Assembly (NCBI GenBank): GCA_964446365.1
Contig: CAYUOI010000001.1
Coordinates: 1-43,087 of the forward strand
From: an uncultured Candidatus Saccharibacteria bacterium
GTDB taxonomy: Bacteria; Patescibacteriota; Saccharimonadia; Saccharimonadales; CAYVSP01
Direction of reading: 5' to 3'
DNA: 43,087 bases
Shown here: positions 27,857-37,948 of the stretch, piece after piece
Layout: each line of letters begins with the position of its first letter
Position numbering within the stretch: position 1 is the first letter of the stretch
The notes under the pieces: generated by a model
What the model saw: the letters and a program-made list of their open reading frames with translations, nothing else
Told to the model about the DNA's origin: nothing
The model's database searches: none
Made by a program: the position numbers and the translations under genes

Positions 27857-29206
27857 ATGCCGAAGAAACCAAGCGTGAGGTTTGTCTGCAGCAACTGCGG
27901 TGCTTTTTCGACGACCTGGAGCGGTCGTTGTCCGCAGTGCGGCGAATGGAATACCCTGCAGGAGCAAATTGATATTACAAACGGCAGCATTGCCGCCAGA
28001 GGTAAGTCTCTTGAAGCTAAAGACGTTGCCAGTCTAGCCAAAAAGGATAATTTAGCCCGGCTCAAAACCGGCATGTCAGATGTTGACGTGGTTCTAGGCG
28101 GCGGGCTAGTGCTGGGCAGTGTTAGCCTTGTAGCCGGCCAGCCAGGCATTGGAAAAAGCACGCTTTTACTACAGATAGCCCAATTGGTCGCAGTTTCTCA
28201 TCCGGTACTTTATATAAGCGGGGAAGAATCGGCTCACCAGATTGGTCTTAGAGCGGCCCGCATAGGTGCCAAATCGCCTAAATTAAAACTAGCTACCAGT
28301 AATAGTGCTGACGACATCGCAGCTACATTAAGCGCCGGCGAATTTAAACTGGTTATTGTTGATTCTATCCAGACCCTAAATGTTGGTGCTATTTCATCGG
28401 CAGCAGGAAGCGTTAGTCAGATAACTAATAGTACCCAGCTGCTGACTGCTGCTGCAAAGCAGTCAAATACGGCTTTAATGATAGTCGGTCATGTAACCAA
28501 AGAGGGTTCCATTGCCGGACCCAAATTACTGGAACACATGGTAGATGTAGTTTTACAGCTTGAAGGGGACCGCTATGGCGGCTTTAAGCTGCTAAGAGGT
28601 ATTAAGAACCGGTTTGGCTCAACTAATGAAACCGGCATATTTGAAATGGTTGACGAGGGCTTGAAACCCGTTGATAACCCGTCAGCCGCTTTGCTTGCAG
28701 AAAGACAGGTGACTGACGGCTCTGTAGTATTGGCCACCATGGAAGGTTCGCGGCCCTTTTTGGTCGAAGTTCAGGCTTTAGTTAATAAGACGTCTTACGG
28801 TTATCCTAAACGGGCCGCCAGCGGCTTTGATTTGAACCGCTTGAACCTTTTAATTGCCATGCTGGAGCGTCGTACAAAGCTCAGCCTGGCCGATCAGGAT
28901 GTATACGTAAATATAGTCGGTGGTATTCGTATTACGGAGCCAGCGGCCGATCTGGCCATTGTGATGGCGCTGGCTTCAGCTGCCAGAAATATGCAGCTTA
29001 AAGCGAATGCCGTCGTTTTTGGTGAAGTCGGATTATCGGGTGAGGTTCGTCATGTACCGCAGCTGGAAAAACGATTGGCTGAAGCTAAAAAACTTGGCTT
29101 TACAAATGCTATCGGTCCGGTTGTGCGCACCGGCAAGAAGCCGGCTAATTTAAAATCTGTTAGCAATGTACGTAGCGCCCTAAATCAGTTTTTGGAAAAA
29201 GATTAG
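27857..29206 (+). CDS. radA: DNA repair protein RadA/Sms
   Basis: 449 aa with an N-terminal C4 zinc finger (CSNCGAFSTTWSGRCPQCGEW), Walker A GQPGIGKST and the KNRFG motif. A Lon-protease-like C-terminal domain is present. Confidence 0.96.
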   Translation: MPKKPSVRFVCSNCGAFSTTWSGRCPQCGEWNTLQEQIDITNGSIAARGKSLEAKDVASLAKKDNLARLKTGMSDVDVVLGGGLVLGSVSLVAGQPGIGKSTLLLQIAQLVAVSHPVLYISGEESAHQIGLRAARIGAKSPKLKLATSNSADDIAATLSAGEFKLVIVDSIQTLNVGAISSAAGSVSQITNSTQLLTAAAKQSNTALMIVGHVTKEGSIAGPKLLEHMVDVVLQLEGDRYGGFKLLRGIKNRFGSTNETGIFEMVDEGLKPVDNPSAALLAERQVTDGSVVLATMEGSRPFLVEVQALVNKTSYGYPKRAASGFDLNRLNLLIAMLERRTKLSLADQDVYVNIVGGIRITEPAADLAIVMALASAARNMQLKANAVVFGEVGLSGEVRHVPQLEKRLAEAKKLGFTNAIGPVVRTGKKPANLKSVSNVRSALNQFLEKD

Positions 29207-32200
29207 TTCGTAACTGTAGCGGTCTTAGTATCGCCGGTCGCATTATCCTTCAATGTGACTGCATAACCCGGTGATTGGTCAGGTCCGTCACATGTAGTTC
29301 CGCCTGCGCTAGCATTACACTGAGTGACGCCACCAAGCGTGGATGATATTACAAAGGGACCCGTTCCTCCGGACCACGTGTATGTAACTTTTGTGTGGCT
29401 ACCGTTTCTTTTTGCTGTCAGGCTTCCTAAAGGGCTGGCGGCATTGCCGCCGCCTCCTCCACCACCGCTACTTCCGAAATCAATACTGGCTGCACTGCCA
29501 GTAGCGTCATAGAGGACACTATCTATAACTTGAACCGTAACGTCGTGGCTACCGGTGCCGCTGTAGTTAAAAGTCAACGGATAGTTACTGACCGGCCCGT
29601 CAATTTGGTAAGACTGCACTATTTGGCCGCCGATAATGACATTTAAGGTGCCAGGGAACTGTGAGTACTGCGAATCCGACAATGGATGCGTGCCGGCATC
29701 GGCATTTACATTTATGGTACAGCTACCACTGCAAGTCGAAGGCGCACTGACAATATTGACTGACGGCGGTGAGTCTCCGCAATGGTGCACGTCATCGCTG
29801 GCGTCCGTGTTGGCGGCGGCACTGTTAGCGCCGGCGTTGGCACCTAAGAATATATCAACTGAAAAGGCGTTGGAATCGGTGTTGCTGCCGGTTTTGCGGG
29901 CCCGGGCAGGCGTGCAATCGGTGGCCAATTTGTTCGAAACTATATCAATTGGTTTGTTGCTGGAATTCTTGGTATTGCCGGTGTACCAGGAGGGGAAAAT
30001 ATCGGTACTGCCGCTGGGTTCGATCGAACCGACGCCAACATGTCCTCGGACTACGAAAGCGGGCATACTTTTGATCCCGGAAGGCTTAACCCAGTTAACC
30101 GGTTTAATGCCCAATTTATCGTGGGCTGCTAACATCCAAGTGCGTGTAATTGGTGCTGTAAGCGTTTCCATGGTGCCGCTCAGCGCCTGATTACGCGTAT
30201 GGTAACCAACCCATGAGACGGCCGCATACTGGGTTGACCAGCTGGTCATTAATCCATCAAAGCCATTGTTAGTAGTACCGGTTTTTACGGCCAGGTTCCA
30301 GCCGTTGTAGCGATGGAATTTATAATAACCCGACGGCAGGTAGCTAGCATTAGGATCAGACGCCATATCGTTAACAATATAAGCGGCATCCTCTTTAATA
30401 ACTTGAGTGCCGGCGGGCTGCTTCCATTCATCTTTCACTTTACCGCTGGTATCAGTAATCTTCATGATGTAGGTGCGCGGAATAGCCTTACCTAGGCGCG
30501 CCATGGTGGCCAAACCGTTGACGTGATCGTCTAGGTGCAGGAAGGCGCCGTCGCCGATTGCTGAGGCTCCATAGCACTGAGTGGGCTTTGTAAATGATGT
30601 GTCACCGGTTTCATAGCATTGGTAAGGCGTCTTATTGTTAGGGTTGTCCATCATGGCCGAGGCCGTACTTATAACTTTGTTTACGGACGCTGTTGAGTCG
30701 GTAGGCACAGTCTGTAGCATGGCCTTTACAGCGGGTACGTTTCGGGAACCGCCTAATGCGTAGCGTAATGTTAGCGGGCCAGGGTAACGGAAATCGTAGT
30801 CCTGCAAGCAGTTACTGTCGCCTTTTGGCGGCGGCAAACCTTTTTTGGTACATGGATAACCGGGCAATGGTCCTTGCGCGTCGTACAGTACCGAGCCGGC
30901 ACCAATATTATTGTTGAAGTTTATCAGCGCCGCATAGTCGTAAGGCTTAAAACTGGAGCCCGGGGCTATGAAAGTATCGTGGGCGTAATTAATTTTGCCG
31001 TGGTCTTTGTTCTCAAAATCTACGCCGCCAACAAGTGACACAATCTGGCCGGTTTTGACATCTTCGGCCACAAAGGCGGCTTCGTCTGCCCCATGTGAAT
31101 GCAGCAATGGAACATCGTCGTTGACGGCCTTTTCAGCTACTGTTTGCAGATCGAGATTCAGGGTGGTTATAACTTTCCAGCCGCTACGGTTAACTGTGTC
31201 GCTGTATTTGGCTTCCAGTTCTTTTTTAGCAGCCAGAACAAAGTAAGGCGCCCGGATGCCGGCATAATGAGTCGGGCGATCTTTCACTTTTGCAATCGTA
31301 TCAACTTTTTTAGCGTCATCACGTTCTTTGGCCTTGATCATGCCTTGCTGCGCCATTTGATCCAGAATGTAGTGTTGCCGACCGACTAAAGCTTCTTTAT
31401 CAAAATTCTCACTATAAGGTGAATACAGACTGGGCGATTTAGGTATAGAGGCTAGCATAGCTGCCTCGTCCAGCGTTAGATCTTTGGCGCTTTTCTGGAA
31501 GTAGTTACGGGCTGCGGCTTCGGCGCCGTATTCAATACCGCCGTAAGGCGCCGTATTTACATAAGCCGTCAGAATTTGTTGCTTTGAGTAAGAGCGTTCC
31601 ATTTCAACCGCCAGGATCAGTTCTTTAATCTTGCGGGTGATGGTTTGCTGGTTGCCGACCTTATTCTGGGTAAGACGCACCAACTGCTGGGTTATGGTTG
31701 AGCCGCCCTGTTTACTACCGTGACCCAGGGTGTCATTAACGCCGGCACGCAAAATGCCGCGGACGTCAAAGCCGCCATGATGGAAAAAGTCTTTATCTTC
31801 AATAGCTACGGTCGCAAGCTTAATAGAAGAAGCGATATCTTCGTCTTTAACCGGGATTCGCTTAACGCCATTAACATCTTCCCATAGCAGAGTTTGCCCG
31901 GTGCGGTCGTAGTACATTACGCTGCCGCCGACGTTTTTACCGGAAATGTCCGTAATATTGGATAAATCTTTTCTAAAGTAGGCAAATAAGCCGACCAGCA
32001 ATATAAAACCGACGGCAATACTAATGCCGACAATTTTAAGGGCCATGATGCCGCCTTCGCGGCTGAACCAGTAGTGATAAAGGCGTTTAGGCTGCAAGCG
32101 GAAGAAAAAGCGATGCAGGCGGTCTTTTGGCATGCCGGCCAGGCGGGCGGCCTTGCGCCGTGAGGCACTATCACGCAGGGCGGCATAGCGCGTCAATAAA

Positions 32201-32271
32201 TTACGGTGAATTTTGACTTCTTTACCGCTTTTAGTTACGTGCACGTTGGATCGACGACGTTTAGCTGCCAT
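29203..32271 (-). CDS. class A penicillin-binding protein (glycosyltransferase plus transpeptidase) with a ~250-aa C-terminal extension
   Basis: 1022 aa with an N-terminal TM anchor and GT51 motifs (EDKDFFHHGGFD, GGSTITQQL). Transpeptidase motifs SSFKP, SRN and KTGTT are present. The C-terminus holds two beta-rich, Cys-containing modules separated by a G7 linker. Confidence 0.93.
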   Translation of the reverse strand: MAAKRRRSNVHVTKSGKEVKIHRNLLTRYAALRDSASRRKAARLAGMPKDRLHRFFFRLQPKRLYHYWFSREGGIMALKIVGISIAVGFILLVGLFAYFRKDLSNITDISGKNVGGSVMYYDRTGQTLLWEDVNGVKRIPVKDEDIASSIKLATVAIEDKDFFHHGGFDVRGILRAGVNDTLGHGSKQGGSTITQQLVRLTQNKVGNQQTITRKIKELILAVEMERSYSKQQILTAYVNTAPYGGIEYGAEAAARNYFQKSAKDLTLDEAAMLASIPKSPSLYSPYSENFDKEALVGRQHYILDQMAQQGMIKAKERDDAKKVDTIAKVKDRPTHYAGIRAPYFVLAAKKELEAKYSDTVNRSGWKVITTLNLDLQTVAEKAVNDDVPLLHSHGADEAAFVAEDVKTGQIVSLVGGVDFENKDHGKINYAHDTFIAPGSSFKPYDYAALINFNNNIGAGSVLYDAQGPLPGYPCTKKGLPPPKGDSNCLQDYDFRYPGPLTLRYALGGSRNVPAVKAMLQTVPTDSTASVNKVISTASAMMDNPNNKTPYQCYETGDTSFTKPTQCYGASAIGDGAFLHLDDHVNGLATMARLGKAIPRTYIMKITDTSGKVKDEWKQPAGTQVIKEDAAYIVNDMASDPNASYLPSGYYKFHRYNGWNLAVKTGTTNNGFDGLMTSWSTQYAAVSWVGYHTRNQALSGTMETLTAPITRTWMLAAHDKLGIKPVNWVKPSGIKSMPAFVVRGHVGVGSIEPSGSTDIFPSWYTGNTKNSSNKPIDIVSNKLATDCTPARARKTGSNTDSNAFSVDIFLGANAGANSAAANTDASDDVHHCGDSPPSVNIVSAPSTCSGSCTINVNADAGTHPLSDSQYSQFPGTLNVIIGGQIVQSYQIDGPVSNYPLTFNYSGTGSHDVTVQVIDSVLYDATGSAASIDFGSSGGGGGGGNAASPLGSLTAKRNGSHTKVTYTWSGGTGPFVISSTLGGVTQCNASAGGTTCDGPDQSPGYAVTLKDNATGDTKTATVTN

Positions 32272-32409
32272 TACTTACCCGGATGCACTCCTTAGACATA
32301 AGAGAATTATACCAAAAATACGCTTTCAAAGCAGAAGAATTATAGACCAATTCAACACACTATATCTATATATTATGAAGCTGATAATGAGCTGTAGTAG
32401 ACTGTTACC

Positions 32410-33636
32410 ATGACTCTATCTGAAGAACTTCAGTGGCGCGGTTTTGTTAACCAAACGACTTACCCTGATATTTCCGCCATCAATGGTGATCCAATTACGT
32501 TTTACTGGGGCGTTGATCCCAGCGCTGCTTCTATGCAGATTGGCAATCTGGCGGCCGCAATGATGGTCCGCCATTTTATTGAACACGGCCATAAGGCAGT
32601 TCTGCTTGTCGGCGGCGCCACCGGTATGATAGGCGACCCGGACGGCAAGGCCCAAGAGCGCGACCTGATGACATTAGACGAGATTAAGGCTAATAAGGTG
32701 GGGATTACGGCCCAATATCAGCGGGTTTTTGGCGGCCAGGACTTCAAAATCGTTGATAATTACGATTGGTTCAAGGATATGGGCTATCTGGATTTTCTTA
32801 GAGACGTCGGCAAACACGTACCGATGCGCCAAATGCTGGGCCGCGATTTTGTCCAAAAACGACTTAGCGAAGATGGCGCCGGAATAAGCTATGCCGAATT
32901 CAGCTATGTATTGATTCAGGCCTACGATTTTCTATGGATGAACAAGCATATGGGTGTAACATTGCAACTTTGCGGTTCAGATCAGTGGGGCAATAGCATC
33001 GCCGGCGTGGACCTAATTAGGCGCATTAATGGAAGCGAAGCTCACGTCTGGTCCTCGCCATTAATTGTTAACAAATCGACCGGCGTCAAATTTGGCAAAA
33101 CCGAAGAGGGCGCCGTCTGGCTGGATCCGAAATTAACCAGCATCTTTAAGTTCTACCAGTTTTGGTTAAATGTCGACGACGCAGGGGTCGAAGATTATAT
33201 AAAGGTGTATACTCTCTTATCCAAAAATAAAATAGATACAGTTATGGGCGAGTTTCAGGCTAATCCCGCCGGACGCGCTGCTCAAAAAACACTGGCCTAC
33301 GAAGTTACCAAATTGGTTCACGGGGAAGCCCAGGCCCAAAAAATCGCGGATATAAGCGAGGTGCTATTTGGAGACCGAAAGTTTGAAGACCTCAAGTCTG
33401 ACGAAGTTGCCGTTCTAACTGAGGAACTACCAAACGTGAAGGCATCAAACGACTTTGCTGAAACAATTGTTAAAGCCGGTCTGGCTAAATCAAAGACCGA
33501 AGCCAGAAGCTTTCTGGCCGCAGGCGCCATAACCGTCAATGGCCTCAAGGCGGGCGACAATTCGGAAGCTCAGCTTAAAAGCGGTGCAAACCTCGTTAAG
33601 CGCGGTAAAAATAGCTTCGCTATCGTTGAAAAGTAG
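32410..33636 (+). CDS. tyrS: tyrosine--tRNA ligase
   Basis: 408 aa with a class I fold, a degenerate HIGH region (ASMQIGNL) and KFGKT as the KMSKS equivalent. A C-terminal S4-like domain is present. Confidence 0.93.
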   Translation: MTLSEELQWRGFVNQTTYPDISAINGDPITFYWGVDPSAASMQIGNLAAAMMVRHFIEHGHKAVLLVGGATGMIGDPDGKAQERDLMTLDEIKANKVGITAQYQRVFGGQDFKIVDNYDWFKDMGYLDFLRDVGKHVPMRQMLGRDFVQKRLSEDGAGISYAEFSYVLIQAYDFLWMNKHMGVTLQLCGSDQWGNSIAGVDLIRRINGSEAHVWSSPLIVNKSTGVKFGKTEEGAVWLDPKLTSIFKFYQFWLNVDDAGVEDYIKVYTLLSKNKIDTVMGEFQANPAGRAAQKTLAYEVTKLVHGEAQAQKIADISEVLFGDRKFEDLKSDEVAVLTEELPNVKASNDFAETIVKAGLAKSKTEARSFLAAGAITVNGLKAGDNSEAQLKSGANLVKRGKNSFAIVEK

Positions 33637-33650
33637 CTATACTGTAGCCG

Positions 33651-34415
33651 ATGCCAGACACAAAGTTGACCGCAACTCAGTACAATGACCCTAAGCATAA
33701 CTATCTCAATTATTGGGATGGCCGCGATTACGAAAACGCCGCCGAAGTAATGGCCCTCAAACGGCTATTAAAAGGCAAGCATTTTCACAACGCCGTTGAT
33801 ATTGGCGGCGGCTACGGCCGTTTATGCGTTTTACTTAGCAGCTACGCCGATCACGTTACTTTAGCCGAGCCGTCGCAGCAGCAGCTGGACATCGCTGCTG
33901 ATTATCTTAAAGATTATCCGGATATTGAAAGACGTTTGGTGCAAGCTAATGATATGCCCTGGAAAGATGGCAGCATAGATTTGATTACCATGATCCGAGT
34001 TATGCACCACCTGCCAAATCCGGCGCCTGAATTCAAGGAAATAAGAAGGGTGCTTTCAGCCGACGGCATCTTTATCCTGGAAATTGCTAATTATACCCAT
34101 TTTCAGAACCGCTTAAAGCAGATGGCTAAATTTAAGCGCTTTGGCCCTGAGCCAGTAGACATTCGTTCGGCTGAACACCGTAGCGAGTCCGAAATACCTT
34201 TTGTGAACCATAATCCTAAAACGGTCATCAAACAGTTAGCGCACGCTGGCTTAAAGGTTGAACGCACACTATCTGTTTCAAATCTACGCAGCCCGGCACT
34301 CAAAAAAATTATGCCCGTTAAAGCCATGTTAGCCCTGGAAAAACCGATGCAGGCATCGCTCGCAAAAACCTATTTCGGGCCAAGTACTTTCTTTCTGGTC
34401 CGTAAGGTCAAATAA
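33651..34415 (+). CDS. class I SAM-dependent methyltransferase
   Basis: 254 aa with motif I VDIGGGYGRL, and the post-I and motif II layout. The substrate is unknown. Confidence 0.8.
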   Translation: MPDTKLTATQYNDPKHNYLNYWDGRDYENAAEVMALKRLLKGKHFHNAVDIGGGYGRLCVLLSSYADHVTLAEPSQQQLDIAADYLKDYPDIERRLVQANDMPWKDGSIDLITMIRVMHHLPNPAPEFKEIRRVLSADGIFILEIANYTHFQNRLKQMAKFKRFGPEPVDIRSAEHRSESEIPFVNHNPKTVIKQLAHAGLKVERTLSVSNLRSPALKKIMPVKAMLALEKPMQASLAKTYFGPSTFFLVRKVK

Positions 34416-34432
34416 TCGTTATACTCTAGTCC

Positions 34433-36469
34433 ATGACCCTAAACAGTCCAATCTCGGACGTCAAAGGTGTGGGCGATGAACTGACCAAGAAGTTTAAAAC
34501 GCTTGGCATTTCGACGGTTAGCGATCTGATTTATTATTACCCGCGCCGCTACGACGACTATTCACACGTATTGCCGACAAATCAGCTCAAACCCGGTATT
34601 GTGACCATTAAGGCGCATATAAAACAGGCGCGGGGACGATATGTAAGGCGTGGCCTGCATATTACTGAAGCGGTTGCCAGCGATGAAAGCGGCAGCGTAC
34701 GGCTTATCTGGTTTAACCAACCTTACCGTGCCCAGGCTTTGAAGAGTGACGAAGAATATTATATATCCGGCGAGTATCAGCTTAGCCACCAGCGATTTAG
34801 TATCATGAACCCGTCGGCTGAGTTGGTCAGTAGCTTTCCGGTTAATACGGCTCGAATTGTGCCGATTTACCGGGAAACTAAAGGGCTTAAGTCGCACCAA
34901 ATACGCCGAATTGTGCGTGAACTACTGCCGGTTATGAAGCGCTTACCCGAAACCTTGCCGGCAAGCCTTGTAGTGGGCCAAAAATTAATAGCCCGCGGCG
35001 CGGCAGTGCAACTAATGCATTTTCCGACTCGAGCGGCTGAGTATGAACAAGCCCGCAAGCGTCTGGGATTTGAAGAGGTCTTTCAACTCACCTTAGCGGC
35101 CCTTATTAATAAATACGAACTTATGACCGAGCATAGCTTGCGGATACCTTTTAAAGAAGACTTAGCTAAGCAGTTCGTTAGTCATTTGCCCTTTAAGCTG
35201 ACCGATGCCCAACGCCGGGTAACCTGGCAGATTTATCTAGACATGCAAAAACCGCACCCTATGAACCGTCTAATTGAGGGTGATGTGGGCTCCGGCAAAA
35301 CAGTTGTAGCGGCAATGGCAGCGCTGATGGCTATGGAGCAGGGTTTTCAGGTGGCATTGATGGCGCCGACAGAACTACTAGCCCGCCAGCACGCCGACAC
35401 CGTTTTTAAATTATTGAAGCCGCTGGGATTTGCCGAACAAGTCGGTTTGCTCGTTGGCAGCCTTAAGCCGGGGCAGAAAAAGCTGGTACAGCAACTCATT
35501 AAAAAGGGTGATGTGCGTTTGATGATCGGTACACACGCCCTAATTCAGGAAAAAGTAGATATAAAGAAACTCGGGCTTATTATTATCGACGAACAGCATC
35601 GATTTGGTGTTGAACAACGCAAAAAGCTCCAGTCCAAAGCTGGACACATGCCGCATGTGCTTAGCCTTACCGCCACCCCAATTCCACGCAGCTTGGCATT
35701 AACTCTCTACGGTGAGCTCGATATATCTGTGATTGATAGTAAGCCGGCCGATCGTAAACCGATAATTACAAAACTTGTGCCGCCAAGTTCGCGGTTGCAA
35801 CTGTATAAACAAATTGATGCCGAACTGGAGAAAGGTAGACAGGCTTTTGTGGTAACACCCTTAATTACCGAGTCATCATTGCTGGACGCCAAATCAGCCG
35901 AAAAAGTATATGACGACCTAAGAAAAAGTTCCTTTAAGCATCGCCGGGTAGGGCTGATGCACGGTAAATTAAAAGCCGAAGATAAAAACCAGGTAATGCA
36001 GGCATTTATCAACCACGAAATAGATCTTCTTGTTACGACAACCGTTATTGAAGTTGGTGTTGACGTGCCAAACGCAACCGTCATGCTTATTGAAGACGCT
36101 GAGAGGTTTGGGCTGGCTCAGATTCACCAACTGAGGGGACGCGTCGGCCGTAGCGACCAGCAGGGCTATGCCTATTTAATGCTCAGTGATGCCAGCCAAC
36201 CCAGCCGGCGGTTGCGCGCATTAGAGAATTCGTCTGATGGCTTTGAACTGGCGGAGCTCGATTTGGACATACGTGGCCCTGGCGCAATTTATGGCACGCA
36301 GCAGCACGGGGCTATTGATCTGCGCGTAGCCAAGCTGACGGACACCAAACTTGTTAGCGCTTCGCGCCTGGCGGCTCAGGACTTCATAGATAGCGGCGAT
36401 GACCTGCTAAAATATAAGCATCTTAAAGAAGCTGTTGATCGTTTACGCGCAGTTACCAATTTGAATTAA
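34433..36469 (+). CDS. recG: ATP-dependent DNA helicase RecG
   Basis: 678 aa with an OB wedge domain and the motifs GDVGSGKT, DEQHRFG and QLRGRVGR. Confidence 0.96.
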   Translation: MTLNSPISDVKGVGDELTKKFKTLGISTVSDLIYYYPRRYDDYSHVLPTNQLKPGIVTIKAHIKQARGRYVRRGLHITEAVASDESGSVRLIWFNQPYRAQALKSDEEYYISGEYQLSHQRFSIMNPSAELVSSFPVNTARIVPIYRETKGLKSHQIRRIVRELLPVMKRLPETLPASLVVGQKLIARGAAVQLMHFPTRAAEYEQARKRLGFEEVFQLTLAALINKYELMTEHSLRIPFKEDLAKQFVSHLPFKLTDAQRRVTWQIYLDMQKPHPMNRLIEGDVGSGKTVVAAMAALMAMEQGFQVALMAPTELLARQHADTVFKLLKPLGFAEQVGLLVGSLKPGQKKLVQQLIKKGDVRLMIGTHALIQEKVDIKKLGLIIIDEQHRFGVEQRKKLQSKAGHMPHVLSLTATPIPRSLALTLYGELDISVIDSKPADRKPIITKLVPPSSRLQLYKQIDAELEKGRQAFVVTPLITESSLLDAKSAEKVYDDLRKSSFKHRRVGLMHGKLKAEDKNQVMQAFINHEIDLLVTTTVIEVGVDVPNATVMLIEDAERFGLAQIHQLRGRVGRSDQQGYAYLMLSDASQPSRRLRALENSSDGFELAELDLDIRGPGAIYGTQQHGAIDLRVAKLTDTKLVSASRLAAQDFIDSGDDLLKYKHLKEAVDRLRAVTNLN

Positions 36470-36476
36470 GGATTAT

Positions 36477-37301
36477 ATGTATTCCGGTACCACGTTGACT
36501 AAATTTTCTGGACGAATGTTTGGTGCCCACCAGAAGGTAGACAGCGTATCACGCCGCCATTTAGCAAAGCTTATTAAGGACGAAAGCTTGTTTCCGAATA
36601 TCCGCCAGATCCTCCACTTTGAAGGTAAAAATGGTCCGGACGGTGCTAAGCGTAAAAGTCCGGCCAAAGATGAACCTTGGCACTTCTACGCGCCGTTTAA
36701 TGATGAGGACGCCGAAATTCTCGGGCTTATAAACGCGCACTACAACCAACTGGTAGAAGAACTTAGGGAAGGCGATAAAGAACGTACTGCCTTTGAGGCG
36801 GCCTGGCTGGCGCACGCTCTGGTTGATGGCCTGACCCCGGCCCACCACTACCCCTATGAAGAAAAATTAGCGGAACTACGCGGCGGCCAAAATCTTAGCA
36901 CCCGTAATAGCGTACGTAAGAAAATGGTAATGCCCGGCGACACAGCCCGAGAAAAAGTCAGCAATAATTGGAAAATGTGGGGGGCTAAAGGACTACTCAT
37001 TACTCACTGGTGGTTTGAGTTCGGTATAGCCATGATCTTTAAGCCTCTAAACTTCGGTGAAGTAAAGCCTACTAAATTAGAAGTTAAGCAATTTATGGAC
37101 ATGGGTTTGGATGAGTGGTTCAAGAGAACCGCCCGAGAAATCGCCGTGCTAGAAATGTACGATAGGTATTACAAAAAAGGCTGGACGCCAAAATTAGCCT
37201 ACGAGGTTCGACATAAACTGGGTCCGGCTCTAGTTAAAACTGTAACCCTGACATGGTATTCGGCTCTATTTGATGCCGGGCTGGTCGAATATACAGCATG
37301 A
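36477..37301 (+). CDS. hypothetical protein (possible zinc-dependent phospholipase C / P1-nuclease-like fold; weak)
   Basis: 274-aa ORF containing AWLAHALVDGLTPAHH, a His/Asp pattern. Its stop overlaps the rsmD start (ATGA at 37298). Confidence 0.6.
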   Translation: MYSGTTLTKFSGRMFGAHQKVDSVSRRHLAKLIKDESLFPNIRQILHFEGKNGPDGAKRKSPAKDEPWHFYAPFNDEDAEILGLINAHYNQLVEELREGDKERTAFEAAWLAHALVDGLTPAHHYPYEEKLAELRGGQNLSTRNSVRKKMVMPGDTAREKVSNNWKMWGAKGLLITHWWFEFGIAMIFKPLNFGEVKPTKLEVKQFMDMGLDEWFKRTAREIAVLEMYDRYYKKGWTPKLAYEVRHKLGPALVKTVTLTWYSALFDAGLVEYTA

Positions 37302-37831
37302 GGGTAATAAGCGGCTATTTGGGCGGAAGAAACTTTGATGCCCCAAAAGGTAAAGCTACTCACCCGATGAGTGATAAAATGCGCGGCGCTCTTTTTAATA
37401 TGCTGGGTGATATTTCGGATCTGACGGTGTTGGATGCGTTTGCTGGTAGCGGCGCGCTAAGTTTTGAAGCCGTAAGCCGCGGCGCAGCAGCTGCTACGGC
37501 CATTGAGAACGACAAAACAGCTCATAAGGTTATTAATGATAATGCCAAGGCGCTGGATATTGATAAGGAAGTCAAAGCTATAAAAGCTACGGTTTCCGGT
37601 TGGTCGGCAAATAACCCGGCGGCTATCTATGATTTAGTATTGGCAGACCCACCCTACGAGAATTTGCAAGAAAGCAGTATTTTAAAGTTAACTCAACACC
37701 TTAAACCAAACAGTTTAATGGTGCTATCCTGGCCCGGGCATAAAAAAGCGCCGGCGTTTAGCGGTCTTATAAAGCAAACTGAAAGAAATTACGGTGATTC
37801 GCAACTAGTCTTTTACCGAAAAAATTCGTAA
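37298..37831 (+). CDS. rsmD: 16S rRNA (guanine966-N2)-methyltransferase RsmD
   Basis: 177 aa with LDAFAGSGALSFEAVSRGA and the DPPY catalytic motif. Confidence 0.9.
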   Translation: MRVISGYLGGRNFDAPKGKATHPMSDKMRGALFNMLGDISDLTVLDAFAGSGALSFEAVSRGAAAATAIENDKTAHKVINDNAKALDIDKEVKAIKATVSGWSANNPAAIYDLVLADPPYENLQESSILKLTQHLKPNSLMVLSWPGHKKAPAFSGLIKQTERNYGDSQLVFYRKNS

Positions 37832-37843
37832 ACTACTGCTAAC

Positions 37844-37928
37844 GCGGATGTGGTGGAATTGGTAGACACGCTAGGTTTAGGACCTAGTGCCGCAAGGCGT
37901 GAAGGTTCAAGTCCTTTCATCCGCACCA
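37844..37928 (+). tRNA. tRNA-Leu (anticodon UAG), class II with a long variable arm and encoded CCA
   Basis: I folded the cloverleaf by hand. The acceptor stem is GCGGATG/CATCCGC. The anticodon stem CTAGG/CCTAG carries loop TTTAGGA. A 15-nt variable arm is present, and the T arm is GAAGG-TTCAAGT-CCTTT. The discriminator A is followed by CCA. Confidence 0.93.
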
Positions 37929-37948
37929 ATATACAACGAAACTAAAAA

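Noticed and set aside
29440-29475. The poly-Gly coding tract in the PBP gene as a slippage-prone, phase-variable repeat.
   Set aside because: At the DNA level it uses mixed codons (ccgccgcctcctccaccaccgc on the plus strand). It is neither a homopolymer nor a perfect microsatellite.
32272-32409. A T-box riboswitch upstream of tyrS, and likewise upstream of hisS.
   Set aside because: There is no T-box consensus (AGGGUGGNACCGCG-like) and no terminator hairpin in the tyrS leader. A -10-like TAGACT sits 6 nt from the ATG, which points to a leaderless start.
32375-32413. A short uORF (MKLIMSCSRLLP) whose TGA overlaps the tyrS ATG (ATGA), with TAT CTA TAT (Tyr codons) just upstream in the same frame.
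   Set aside because: The Tyr codons lie upstream of the only ATG. No alternative RNA structures or terminator follow. The frame is simply the tail of an antisense ORF running out of the PBP gene.
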